From Mobula hypostoma (Eukaryota), in assembly GCF_963921235.1 (NCBI RefSeq), contig NC_086097.1:222768001-222832000 (forward strand): a DNA stretch of 64,000 bases. The letters run 5' to 3'. Shown here piece after piece: positions 52,557-64,000 of the stretch (the first letter of the stretch is position 1; each line of letters begins with the position of its first letter). Made by a program: the position numbers and the translations under genes. Under the pieces are notes generated by a model. The model did no database searches, was not told where the DNA came from, and was given only the letters and a program-made list of their open reading frames with translations.

Positions 52557-54153
52557 TTATAATGCAAGAAACATGCTATTTGTAAATAGCAATGTGATCA
52601 CATAATCCAAGTCAGACAAGTTTTTATGATCAAATCTCTGGAAAAAAAGATGAGCTTCCAACTTTACACACACAGAAGCACTACCATCTGAACCATACAT
52701 TTAATGCATGCACAAGACCTGCAAAGGAAGTAGAGAGTGTTAGCAAAGCCTTTAATGCTGCAAATAATATACAAAGAAATGGATTTTCCATTTTATTCCA
52801 AGCAGTACAAGAGTTGATAAGAAGAATGCCCTCTTCTTTTTAGGTATACTCGTACTGCTTAAGATGTTTATTATTTTGAAATCAATAAGCAGTGCTACAA
52901 ATAGAACAATTATGTGAAGAGATAAAAAGCAGAAATCCAGGCAAATCATCTTGAAATTCTTCTGAAATAAATGCAGTTTTAACTATAGCAATCAGCTTTA
53001 AAATAATGCATTAAGGAGTTCTTTGTAATTGGTGGAAACTTGTAGGCAGAACTTAGCCTGAACTTGACCAAGTGCAAAATGAGATGAATTTCCTTATTTA
53101 GTGAAACTTACTCGTGCCAGAAAGCTGCATCAAAACCCCCAATGCAAAATCAGGTGCATTGAGAATCAGCTGCAAAAAGTTATACAAGAGATTTTATAAT
53201 CTTCATCCTGCAAAGCCAGACATGGTTAGCAGTAAATTATAAAGCAGGGATTTTGTATAAATGCTCTAATCAAATATTTATGCACTGATGACTAGTTGTT
53301 TAGTCTCATCAGATATGGAGTTCCAATTTATGTGCAACATGACAGCTAGTAATTTTACTTATGATTATGGCATATTACTTCTCTTCAGTCATGTTCTTCA
53401 TTCTCCTCCGCAACTACTCTAGTCCCCACTTTCAACTACATTATCCTTGTTATGTTCTAGTCCAAGCTATCATGACGAAGCCAGCACCTCTGTAAGATTA
53501 CTCCTCAACCTTCTTCTGTCAAAAAAAAGACCAGTCTCTTCACTTTTCTGGTATGATCTTTATAAATCTTCTCTGCACACTCTCTTGTGCCTCTATAACC
53601 ATTTATAAAACCAGTGACTAAATATAAGACTGCTTACTGGTAGCACATAAACTCAGAGTTGGAAATGATGGTGATCCAAGCTATCTCATTACATCATCCA
53701 AAAACCAAAACACTTCCAGCCCCAAACGTTTTGGACAAGGGGCACTCAATCTGTACTAGGAAATGTGTTAACACTCTCGTTAGAGATGGTCATTTACCTG
53801 GCACTAATGTTACATAAATACTCTCGTCTTTGACAATTCGCTCCCTCTAGTCCTTTATGTTATGAGACGCCAATGTGTCCTGTACGGAATCCACAGATAC
53901 TGCCTCAGATGAGACATGGACTGAAAGAAAGGGCACCATTTTTGGATTGCAGAATACTGTTAGCATTCATGTGAACTCCCTTAGAGATCATATGGAGGCT
54001 AAATACAGTGGAAGGAGTTTAGAGTCTGTTGTCAGACAGACAATGTGGAAAGGACATCGGAACCTAGTGAAGGTAATAAGAGCATCGATTTGGAGAAAAA
54101 TTTTTTTTTGAGGGGGTGTGACATTGGTTCACCTATTGTCTCAGTGGATTTGG

Positions 54154-55249
54154 TGTCATGGTCTGGATCGGGGTCCCTTTAAATTTATTTTGTTTATGTT
54201 GCGATCCGGACCGTTGACTTCCTGTTTCCCTTTGGTTCCCTGTTTTCCCGTGTCCCTCGGCCTTGCTGATTGAAGGCAATTTACTCCCGGCTGAACCGGT
54301 AGTTTATAGTCTCCGGCTTTCAACCGTCGGTGCGGGAGTGTCTGCAAAGTCACCAAAGGTACAGCGTGCCAATGTCATCTGGCCAGAGCAAGCCTAGTCT
54401 CCGCCCGAAGCGAGTGCCGGTAATTCGCCTTTCCTTATCGAAGCAACCCTGTCAAGTTACCTCGCCAAAGCGAGCCTGCAAAGTTTCCTCACCGAGGTGG
54501 GTCCATCAGTTAACCTGCCAGAGGGAATCAAGAACCGTTGTCTACTGTTCCCAGGCTGAGTCGAGAGCTCGCCACTACCCGGAGGCTCCAAGTCAAGTCC
54601 TGGCTCTGGGGGCATCCAAGTTCTGAGTCAAGTCCCAGTCCTGGTGGTCTGTGATTCCTGTCCTACTCCCCTGTCTGAATCCCTTCTCTGCCCCTCTTGC
54701 CTCTAGCCCTCGTCTGCAGCCCTTGCCTGCACCCTGGTCTAGTTCTATTGCCAGAGCTAGATAGGTACTGTCTGGTGTCCTGGCTCTCTGTTCTGTGTGT
54801 GAGTCCTGGCCCTATGTCCTGTACCCAAGGAAGGGTCCTGACTCTGTTCTGTGTATGTGTCCATGGTTCCATGTACCTGCTCTCCTGAGACCGAGGCTCT
54901 GTTTTTTCCCTGTTCCTCCTCTCCCTAGCCCATGTCATGTCCATGCCTGGTTCTGGAGTCTGAGCCCGAGGCAAGACCCAGGTACTGGGTCCTTGCCTGG
55001 TCTCTGGCTCAGAGTCCATACGGTAGCCTCTTCATGTCGCCTCTAGTTTTGGGATCCGATTCCGAGTCCTAGCCCAGTCCCTTAGTCCCAGCCTAGTCGT
55101 AGTCCTGAGTCCTTGTCTAGTTCGCTATTCCTGCTCCTGCCTTGCTCTCCTGGTATCGAACAATAAACTAAATTTAATTAACCTCACAAGATGTGTCTTG
55201 CATTTGGGTCCACCCCTGCTCCCAATGCCCCCCCCCCACCAATGTGACA
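54154..55249 (+). mobile_element. Solo LTR, 1096 bp, 5-bp TSD TTTGG
   Basis: TGTCATGG...TGTGACA, TTTGG at 54149-54153 and 55250-55254, AATAAA at 55162. Confidence 0.88.
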
Positions 55250-55347
55250 TTTGGAAGATTTTACAGAGGCAACATTGTTAGGACCTCCCCAGTACTTTAA
55301 GCTACCTTTGTAAGTTGTCCATGTGAGTGAAGCACACAAGAAATTAC

Positions 55348-56806
55348 TGTCATGGTCTGGTCCATGAAGTCCGCATTCCAGTTCACAGTCCGGTCCGTGG
55401 ACTCAGGACTCCAAATCTTCTAGCTGTCCCTTGTTTTGATTGAGTTAAGCATAGACACCTGATTCCCATCTTGGGGCTTGGAATATAAGTAGTTTGAGGT
55501 TGAGTGTGGGTGGCTGGTTTGTCTTGTCAGTCCCCCTTGGAGTAACCTGCTGATGGAAGGCTAGTGAAACCATTTGTGATCTCTAGGCCTGGTTGGAGGA
55601 CCACTGCTTCATGGAGCCTTGTTGCCGCTTGTTGGAGTAGTCATTGTGGTATGGATTTGGCTGTTTCTGTAGCCAGCCAAGGTTGCTGGCTGCCCTGAGA
55701 CTCAGAGCCACCCTGGATTGAGCTCCTTTCCTGTCCCTTGCCTCAGTCAGGTAAGCCAGGCTGATTGCTGTTACCCTGTGGTTGGTTCTGCCCCCTCCTG
55801 TCCCTTGCCTCCATTGGGTAAACCAGGCTGATTACAAGTCCCTTGCCTCTGTCGGGTAAGCAGGCCATTTGTTGTTACCCTGCGGTTGGGTCCATCCCTC
55901 CCTGTCCTTGCCTCTGTGGGGTGAAGTTCTGTGTCCTTCCCAGGAGTTCTGCATCCTGCCCAGGAGAAGCTCGGAGAACCCAAGGCTCAAGGATCCCAAG
56001 CCAAGCTCAGAGAACCCAAGGCTCGAGGATCCCAAGCCAAGCTCGGAGAACCCAAGGCTCGAGGATCCCAAGCCAAGCTCGGAGAACCCAAGGCTTGAGG
56101 ATCCCAAGCCAAGCTCGGAGAATAAAAGGCTTGAGGATCCCAAGCCAAGCTCGGAGAACCCAAGGCTCGAGGATCCCAAGCCAAGCTCGGAGAACCCAAG
56201 GCTCGAGGATCCCAAGCCAAGCTCGGAGAACCCAAGGCTCGAGGATCCCAAGCCAAGCTCGGAGAACCCAAGGCTCGAGGATCCCAAGCCAAGCTCGGAG
56301 AACCCAAGGCTCGAGGATCCCAAGCCAAGCGCGGAGAACCCAAGGCTCGAGGATCCCAAGCCAAGCTCGGAGAACCCAAGGCTCGAGGATCCCAAGCCAA
56401 GCTCGGAGAACCCAAGGCTCGAGGATCCCAAGCCAAGCTCGGAGAACCAAGGCCCCAGCCTCAAGCCTCAAGAGCAAAGACCCCAGCCTGTCTCCAAGCT
56501 CAGGCCTCTAGACCCCAGCCAAGTCCTGTCCTGAAGCCATGTCATGTCCTTGCCTGGTTCTGGAGTCTGAGCCCGAGGCAAGACCCAGTTTCTGGGTCCT
56601 TGTCCAGTCTCGGGGTTGGAGTCGAAGCCTTGTCTCCGAGTCCATGGTTTCTAATCCTGGTCCTGCTTTCCCTAGCCCAAGTCTGCATTCTTGTCCCTGC
56701 TCCTGGTCTTAATCCTGTCATGTCCCTACTCTAGTCAAGTCCTGTTCCTTGTACTTCAGCATCTGTGTCTTGCATTAGGGTCCATTCCCAGCACCCCATT
56801 GTGACA
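55348..56806 (+). mobile_element. Related solo LTR, 1459 bp, 5-bp TSD ATTAC, carrying a minisatellite
   Basis: TGTCATGG...TGTGACA, ATTAC at 55343-55347 and 56807-56811. Shares catgtcatgtcc.tgcctggttctggagtctgagcccgaggcaagacccag with the left LTR. Confidence 0.88.
55967..56448 (+). repeat. 36-bp minisatellite, 13 full copies plus a partial
   Basis: Unit AAGCTCGGAGAACCCAAGGCTCGAGGATCCCAAGCC. 55967-56434 is 468 bp = 13x36, with few variants. Confidence 0.95.
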
Positions 56807-56894
56807 ATTACTGCTTCTTTGTAAAGCATGTGCTCGGCGTTGGGTCATTGAGCACATTTTTACTCATGCATCCAAAAGTTGAGCGTGGGCTGTA

Positions 56895-57135
56895 AGATCA
56901 GGTACGATTCTTACCGCTGTCTAGAAGAGCTTGTATGTTCTCCCCATGACCACATGGGTTTCCTCTGGGTGCTCCAGTTTTATAGTGAGAATTAATAAGC
57001 TGTGGGCATGCTATGTTGGCACAGGAAGCATGGTGACATTTGCACGCTGCCAGCACAATCCTCGTTAATTTTATTTGATGTAAAACAGCACATTTCACTG
57101 CATGTTTCGATGCACATGTGGCAAATACAGCTAGC
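56895..57135 (+). mobile_element. SINE-like fragment (V-domain-like core with Rex/L2-type tail)
   Basis: gtatgttctccccatgaccacatgggtttcctctgggtgctcc...catttcactgcatgtttcgatgcacatgtg. Confidence 0.55.
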
Positions 57136-57869
57136 TTTATGGATACAGTGGTGAATTTCATCACCAATCTCCATTCTCACTCAGATGACTCAAGACATGT
57201 GAGGGGATATTGTCATGCATCTTGACTGTCAAGGGGTAGTGCAGCAAGAACAAATTAGTGAATACTTTTTTATCTTCCTGGTGTTCAGGACCATCCTCTG
57301 CCATACACAGAGAAGATATCACAAAGAAATAAGTGGGTGAATGGATTGAGAGATTTGCTGAGAACCAACATAGAGTCCAAGAACTGAAAGGCATCCTTCT
57401 ATGTTGCACGGAAATATGGGAAATAAATTACAAAAATATACAAGATACTTCAATAAAGGAATCTAGAATGATTTGGAGGTTGGCCTCTGTGTACGCACAC
57501 ATGCGTCAACTAACTCAGAGAGGGAAGGAGGGGTGATTTTGGTTCTGGAGAAGAAGATTGAACATTTACTTGTCATCCTGTTAACAACTCCATTCCAAGT
57601 GGATTCTTCCTGAAGGTGAGCTAAAGCAGTGCACTTGGGAAGTTTAAGAAAAGGTTTGGTGCAATAACTTAGCTTTGCCTCTGATAGAATTGGGATTATG
57701 GTGGATTGGTGAACAGATGCGAAGATAGTTGCAATTTTTTGGAGGACCGCCAAATTTGGAAGGATCCTTTATACAGTAGTTCCTCTTGTTTGCAAAAATT
57801 GAAGGCTTTTCTGAGGTCAAGAAAGTTCAGCTACAGTGGTTGATGTTGTTTTCTACAAATTTAAGAGAT

Positions 57870-60800
57870 TTACTGTGCCTTTGACAAGGTGCCACACATG
57901 AGGCTACTTACCAAGTTAAGAGCCCATGGTATTACAGGATAGCTACTAACATGGTTAAGCATTGGCTAATTGGTTGGAGGCAGTGAGTGGGAATGAAATG
58001 ATCCTTTTCTCGTTGGCTGCCAGTGACTATTGGTGCTCTGCAGGGGTTGGTGTTGGGACCACTTCTTTTTATGCTGTATACAAATGATATAGATGATGGA
58101 ATAGATGGCTTTGCTGCCAAGTTTGCAGATGGTACGAAGATTGGTTGAGGGCAGATAGTGTTGAGGAAACAGGTAGGATGCAGAAGGACTTGGACAGATT
58201 AGGAGAATGGGCAAGAAAGTGGCAAATGAAATACAATGTTGGAAAATGCATGGTCATGCACTTTGGTAGTAGAAATAAATGTTCGGACTATTTTCTAAAC
58301 AGGGAGAAAATCCAGGAATCTGAGATGCAGAAGGACTTGGGGGTCCTTGTGCAGACCATCCTGAAGGTTAACTTTCAGATTGATTCAGTAGTAAGGAAGG
58401 TGAATGCCATGTTAGCATTTGTTTCAAAAGGTCTGGAATACAAGAGGAAGGATGTGATGCTAAGGCCTCACCTTGAGTATTCTGAACAGGTTTGGGCCCC
58501 TAATCTTAGAAAAGATGTGCTGGCATCGGAGAGGGTCGAGAGGAGGTTAACAGGGATGATTCCAGGAATAAAAGGGTTATCATACAAGGGACATTTGATG
58601 GCTCTGGGTCTGTACTCACTGGAATTCAGAAGGATAAGGGGGGGATCTCATTGAAACATTTCAAATGTTGAAAGGCCTAGACAGAGTAGATGTGGAAAGG
58701 ATATTTCCCATGGTGGGAGTGTCTAGGACAAGAGGGCACAGCCTCAGGATAGAGGGGTGCCCTTTCAAAACAGATGCAGAAAAATTTCTTTTGCCAAAGG
58801 GTGGTGAATCTGTGGAATTTGTTGCCACCTGCAACTGTGGAGGTCAGGTCGTTTGGAGAATTTAAGGAAGAAATTGATAAGTTCTTGATTGGACATGGCA
58901 TCAAAGGTTACAGGGAGAAGGGCAAATTATGAGGCTATAAGGCTTGACCTTGCGGGTGTGAATTGGGATGATGTTTTTGCAGGAAAATGTACTATGGACA
59001 TGTGGTCAATATTTAGAGATCTCTTGCAGGACGCTAGGGATAAATTTGTCCTGGTGAGGAAGATAAAGAATGGTAGGGTGAAGGAACCATGGGTGACAAG
59101 TGAGGTGGAAAATCTAGTCAGGTGGAAGAAGGCAGCATACATGAGGTTTAGGGAGCAAGGATCAGATGGATCTATTGAGGAATATAGGGAAGCAAGAAAG
59201 GAGCTTAAGAAGGGGCTGAGAAGAGAAAGAAGGGGGCATGAGAAGGCCTTGGCGAGTAGGGTAACGGAAAACCCCAAGGCATTCTTCAATTATGTGAAGA
59301 ACAAAAGGATGACAGGAGTGAAGGTAGGACTGATTAGAGATAAAGGTGGGAAGATGTGCCTGAAGGCTGTGGAAGTGAGCGAGGTCCTCAATGAATACTT
59401 ATCTTCGGTATTCACCAATGAGAGGGAACTTGATGGTGAGGACAATGAGTGAGGTTGATGTTCTGGAGCATGTTGATATTAAGGGAGAGGAGGTGTTGGA
59501 GTTGTTAAAATACATTAGGATGGATAAGACCCCGGGGCCTGACGGAATATTCCCCAGGCTGCTCCATGAGGCGAGGGAAGAAATTGCTGAGCCTCTGGCT
59601 AGGATCTTTATGTCCTCATTCTCCACGGGCATGGTATCAGAAGATTGGAGGGAGGCAAATGTTGTCCCATTGTTCAAAAAAGGTGGTAGGGATAGTCCGG
59701 GTAATTATAGACCAGTGAGCCTTACGTCTGTGGTGGGAAAGCTGTTGGAAAAGATTCTTAGAGATAGGATCTATGGGCATTTAGAGGATGATGGTCTGAT
59801 CAGGGACAGTCAGCATGGCTTTGTGAAGGGCAGATCATGTCTAACAAGCCTGATAGAGTTCTTTGAGGAGGTGACCAAGCATATAGATGAGGGTAGTGCA
59901 GTGGATGTGATCCATATGGATTTTAGTAAGGCATTTGACAAGGCTCCACACAGTAGGCTTATTCAGAAAGTTAGAAGGCATGGGATCCAGGGAAGTTTGG
60001 CCAGGTGGATTCAGAATTGGCTTGCCTGCAGAAGGCAGAGGGTCGTGGTGGAGGGAGTACATTCAGACTGGAGGATTGTGACTAGTGGTGTCCCACAAGG
60101 ATCTGTTCTGGGACCTCTACTTTTCGTGATTTTTATTAACGACTTGGATGTGGGGGTAGAAGGGTGGGTTGGCAAGTTTGCAGACGACACAAAGGTTGGT
60201 GGTGTTGTAGATAGTGTAGAGCATCGTCAAAGATTGCAGAGAGACATTGATAGGATGCAGAAGTGGGCTGAGAAATGGCAGATGGAGTTCAACCTGGAGA
60301 AGTGTGAGGTGGTACACTTTGGAAGGACAAACTCCAAGGCAGAGTTCAAAGTAAATGGCAGGATACTTGGTAGTGTGGAGGAGCAGAGGGATCTGGGGGT
60401 ACATGTCCACAAATCCCTGAGAGTTGCCTCACAGGTAGATAGGGTAGTTAAGAAAGCTTATGGTGTGTTAGATTTCATAAGTCGAGGGATAGTTTAAGAG
60501 TCGCGATGTAATGATGCAGCTCTGTAAAACTCTGGTTAGGCCACAATTGGAGTACTGTGTCCAGTTCTGGTTGCCTCACTATAGGAAGGATGTGGAAGTA
60601 TTGGAAAGGGTACAGAGGAGATTTACCAGGATGCTGCCTGGTTCAGAGAGTATGCATTAGGATCAGAGATTAAGGGAGCTAGGGCTTTACTCTTTGGAGA
60701 GAAGGAGATGAGAGGAGACATGATGGAGGTGTACAAGATAATAAGAGGAATAGATAGAGTGGATAGCCAGTGCCTCTTCCCCAGGGCACCACTGCTCAAT

Positions 60801-61177
60801 TCAAGAGGACATGGCTTTAAGGCAAGGGGTGGGAAGTTCAAGGGGGATATTACAGGAAGGTTTTTTTACTCAGTGGTTGGTGGGTGGAATACACTGCCTG
60901 AGTCAGTGGTGGAGGCAGGTACACTCGTGAAGTTTAAGAGACTACTAGAAAGGCATATGGAGGAATTTAAGGTGGGGGGTTATAAGGGAGGCAGGGTTTG
61001 AGGGTCGGCACAATATTGTGGGCCGAAGGGCCTGTAATGTGCTGTACTATTCTATGTTCTAAGGCCGGGAACTGGGGTTGAGGAGGAGATGGAAAAAAGG
61101 ATCAGCCATGATTGAATGGCGGAGCAGACTCAATGGGTGAGTTGGTCTAATTCTGCTCCTACGTCTTATGGTCTTAA
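57870..61177 (+). mobile_element. Decayed CR1 3' part, split by a nested CR1
   Basis: RT C-terminus at 57870-58921. The 3' UTR resumes at 61061 (aaggccgggaactgggg) and ends in tcttatggtctt. Confidence 0.85.
58922..61060 (+). mobile_element. 5'-truncated CR1 nested in CR1, AAGG duplicated
   Basis: ORFs 58889-59452, 59391-60497 and 60708-61001 with RT motifs, ttctatgttct tail. AAGG at 58918-58921 and 61061-61064. Confidence 0.9.
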
Positions 61178-61189
61178 GATTCTTGTATT

Positions 61190-62090
61190 ACCTGCTGTAG
61201 GAAGGATTCCTGCTTGAGAGAAGATGTCAGTAAGCTGGAGGCTGCAAAAAAAGAGGTTGGTTAGGCTAGGACTTTGTCTCCCTACAACGTAGGAAGCTGA
61301 AAGGTAACCTTATAGAGGTTATAAAATCATGAGGAGCATAAGTCTTTTCCCTGGGGTAAGGAAGTCCAAAACTAGAGGCCACAGGTTTCCAGTGAAGGAG
61401 GAAAACCTTAAAAGGGACTTGAGGGGTAATTTTTCACAGAGTGGAAAGTACATGGAGTGAGCTGCCAGAGGAAGTGGTAGAGGCAGGTTCAATTATGAAC
61501 TTTAAAAGGCATTTGGGAAGTTGCGTGGATTGGAAAGTTTAGAGAGATATGGGCAAACACCGAAAAATGGGATGAGCTCAATTAGGCAACTTGGCTGGTG
61601 TGGGTGAATTGCAGTTTTTTTGTAGTGCATGACTCTAATACCTTTCCCAGTGGTAGATACCAGGGGAATGCTTCCATATTTATTGAGCCATAGAGTCAGA
61701 AAAGTACCGTACAGTGACAAGCTATTCTAGTCTGTGCTGAACCATTTAAGCTGCCTACTCCCACAACCTGCACAGGGACCATAGCCCTCCATACCCCTAC
61801 CATCATGAACCTATCCAAACTTCCCTTAAACATTGAAATTGAGTTCATATGCACCACTTGTGCTGGCAGCTCTTTCCACACTCTCATGACCCTCTGAGAA
61901 GTTTCCCCCCTATGTTCCCCATGAACTTTTTACCTTTCACCATTAACCCATGACCACTAGTTGCAGCCCCACACAACCTCAGTGGAAAGAGCCTGCTTGA
62001 ATACCCCTCATAATGTTGTATATCTCTGTTACGTATCCTCTCAACCTTCTACATTCCAAGGAATAAAGTCCTAATCTTTCCTTAGAACTC
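61190..62090. mobile_element. Two decayed CR1 3' fragments in tail-to-tail orientation
   Basis: About 61190-61640 on + and about 61690-62090 on -; both resemble CR1 C-terminus and 3' UTR. Confidence 0.6.
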
Positions 62091-64000
62091 AGGTCTTCAA
62101 GCTTATCTCCTTTTTTTTGAAAACATTTGCAATTACCTGATTACATGAGAAACAAAAAGACAGCAGATTTTGGAAATCTGAAATAAAGAGAAAATGCTGG
62201 AAATATCCATCATCTTTCTTTATCCTTCCACAGATGTAGCCTGACATACTGAATATTTCCAGGTTATTCATGATGACTGGGTATCTGAGACTTTCTCTCC
62301 TCTCATCCCTTCCCAAATGGGGGAGATAATTCCTGCCAGAAATAATTCTTTGCCATGGTTTGATAATACAGCAGGCATTTTATCTGTTATAACAGTCTTG
62401 TTGCTTTTCAGCTGTTGGATGGCCCTTTCAACCTCTCATCAAACTCAGTGACACCCATTTATTTTATGGGGCTGTGAATCTTCAGTCACAGCTGAAACCC
62501 TGGTTGAAGAGATTTTTACAAAGTGCTTCTCCTAGCTGTTGACAACTGCCTCACTAAACTCAATGTGTTTACTTCCATTCATGGCTCCTAGCAGTGTGAG
62601 AACTTGGGTGGTTGGGCTGCTCCTAATCTTAACAGATGTAAACAATCTATGTATGTTCTAGATATCAGTGAATCTCCTGAGCTCTTCCCACCCACCATGT
62701 GAACTTCAGTTTTGTGTTGGACTGCAGTCTTCAGATCCCTTCAAGATTTAGTTTTCCCTTTCTCATACAATATATGAAAGTTGTCATTCAGCCTGATTAT
62801 TATCCAGGTTAAGTTACAAGTGGGCATTAACTGGTTCATTAACTGAGGAGTTGTGATGATAACATCATGAACTAGGCATATTAAATCACTCATAAAAGCA
62901 TGTGCTTGCAAATGTATTTGAAGGGCACTTTAAAATAGTTTCGAATAATCAATGCTGTCTCACAAGCTCAGTACTTGAAGTGTTAGATCAGCTAAATATT
63001 GCTTCATAATGATCATGAAGCTGGCTAAACATTACCAGTTACAGAGCTTCCCTTCACTCCCCAACTTTCATCTGATCAGCTATTTGGAGTCATTAGTATA
63101 TTGGAAATTATTTATCATCTTTTATATAAAAATGAAATGGTGAAACAAAAGGCCAAACATGGACTTCGTGAAGTTCACTCTTCTCCAAAGCATGTGCTCC
63201 CCAAAAAATGTTTAATATAAGTTACAAAGAATAGAAATATAAATGTCTAGCACAGTTAGCAAAATATCTGATTTGCAGTCAGGTTTGTTAATCCTTAAAC
63301 AGGCAGTTGCTTGAAATTGAATGTTTTCATCAATTCTCACCTCTTTGTTTGAAACAGATGAAAGCCCCATATTAATTTCCAAACTCTCCTTTCAAACATC
63401 TTCTCTTCAATTGCCAAATGCACTGAAATATAATATATACTACTCTGTGAATTTATTGTTTATTTGACATATAATTCAGTGCTTGGTTACCAGAGAATGG
63501 ATTCAGGCTTTTTCTCAAACTGGTTGTGTAACTTCCATTGCAGTTTCAGGGCAGTCTTCAGTTTGTACTTCAAAATGAAACGGGGGTCTACATCATTGAT
63601 TTAAACAGGCTGAAAGAATTGCTCTCCAGCAAAACTATGACTGATATACAGATTTTGTAACATGTATTGGAGCTTATCAACATTTAGAAATAATTCCCAT
63701 GTAAGCTGCAGAAGGCTGTATCTTCTCTCTTAAATATACAAACTCAAAATGCAAACAGATAAAGGCCACTCAGATAAAATTGCTTAATCAATCTCTCTCC
63801 CTGTCTCACACAGATACAACACACCCCTTAGTATGTTGAAAAAATATATAGAGAGCAAAATGAATTGCTTATATAAGCAATTGCAGAAACACTATATAAA
63901 TTGGCAAATTTCTTCTATACAAAAAACCTCTGACTCCCTTTAAATGTTGTACTGCATTATTTTAGAGATTCAAAGTGTATATTTGTTACTTTAACTTAGA

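Noticed and set aside
55832..56534. Repeat-protein ORFs on both strands, or a CRISPR-like array
   Set aside because: These are by-products of a stop-poor 36-bp tandem unit inside an LTR. There are no unique spacers or cas genes and the context is eukaryotic.
54154..56806. Single full LTR retrotransposon or TRIM
   Set aside because: Each LTR has its own distinct TSD, their interiors differ, and I see no clear PBS or PPT in the 98-bp gap.

Overview
Eukaryotic, AT-rich vertebrate genomic DNA. The repeat families suggest a cartilaginous fish, probably a ray (inference). It holds two convergent spliced genes. The first is the 3' end of TERF1 on the + strand (4 coding exons, 3600-13522, ending in the telobox Myb domain). 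The second is a complete 5-exon SBSPON on the - strand (CDS 50797 down to 18148, 789 nt, 262 aa); all splice sites and phases join without a stop. Most of the rest is retroelements, often nested several layers deep: CR1 LINEs (one with an uninterrupted 903-aa ORF2), an RTE/BovB-like LINE, Rex/L2-type fragments, Penelope-like elements, five solo LTRs, Tc1 remnants and a tRNA-derived SINE. The most interesting signals are degenerate minimal hammerhead-ribozyme motifs in the Penelope-derived repeats, a 60-nt symmetric TERF1 exon resembling the human TRF1/PIN2 cassette, two adjacent independent solo LTRs (one carrying a 13x36-bp array), and a SINE whose 3' tail matches a separate LINE-like 3' end. 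I found no clearly novel protein-coding system. All family assignments come from recognising motifs by eye, not from database searches.
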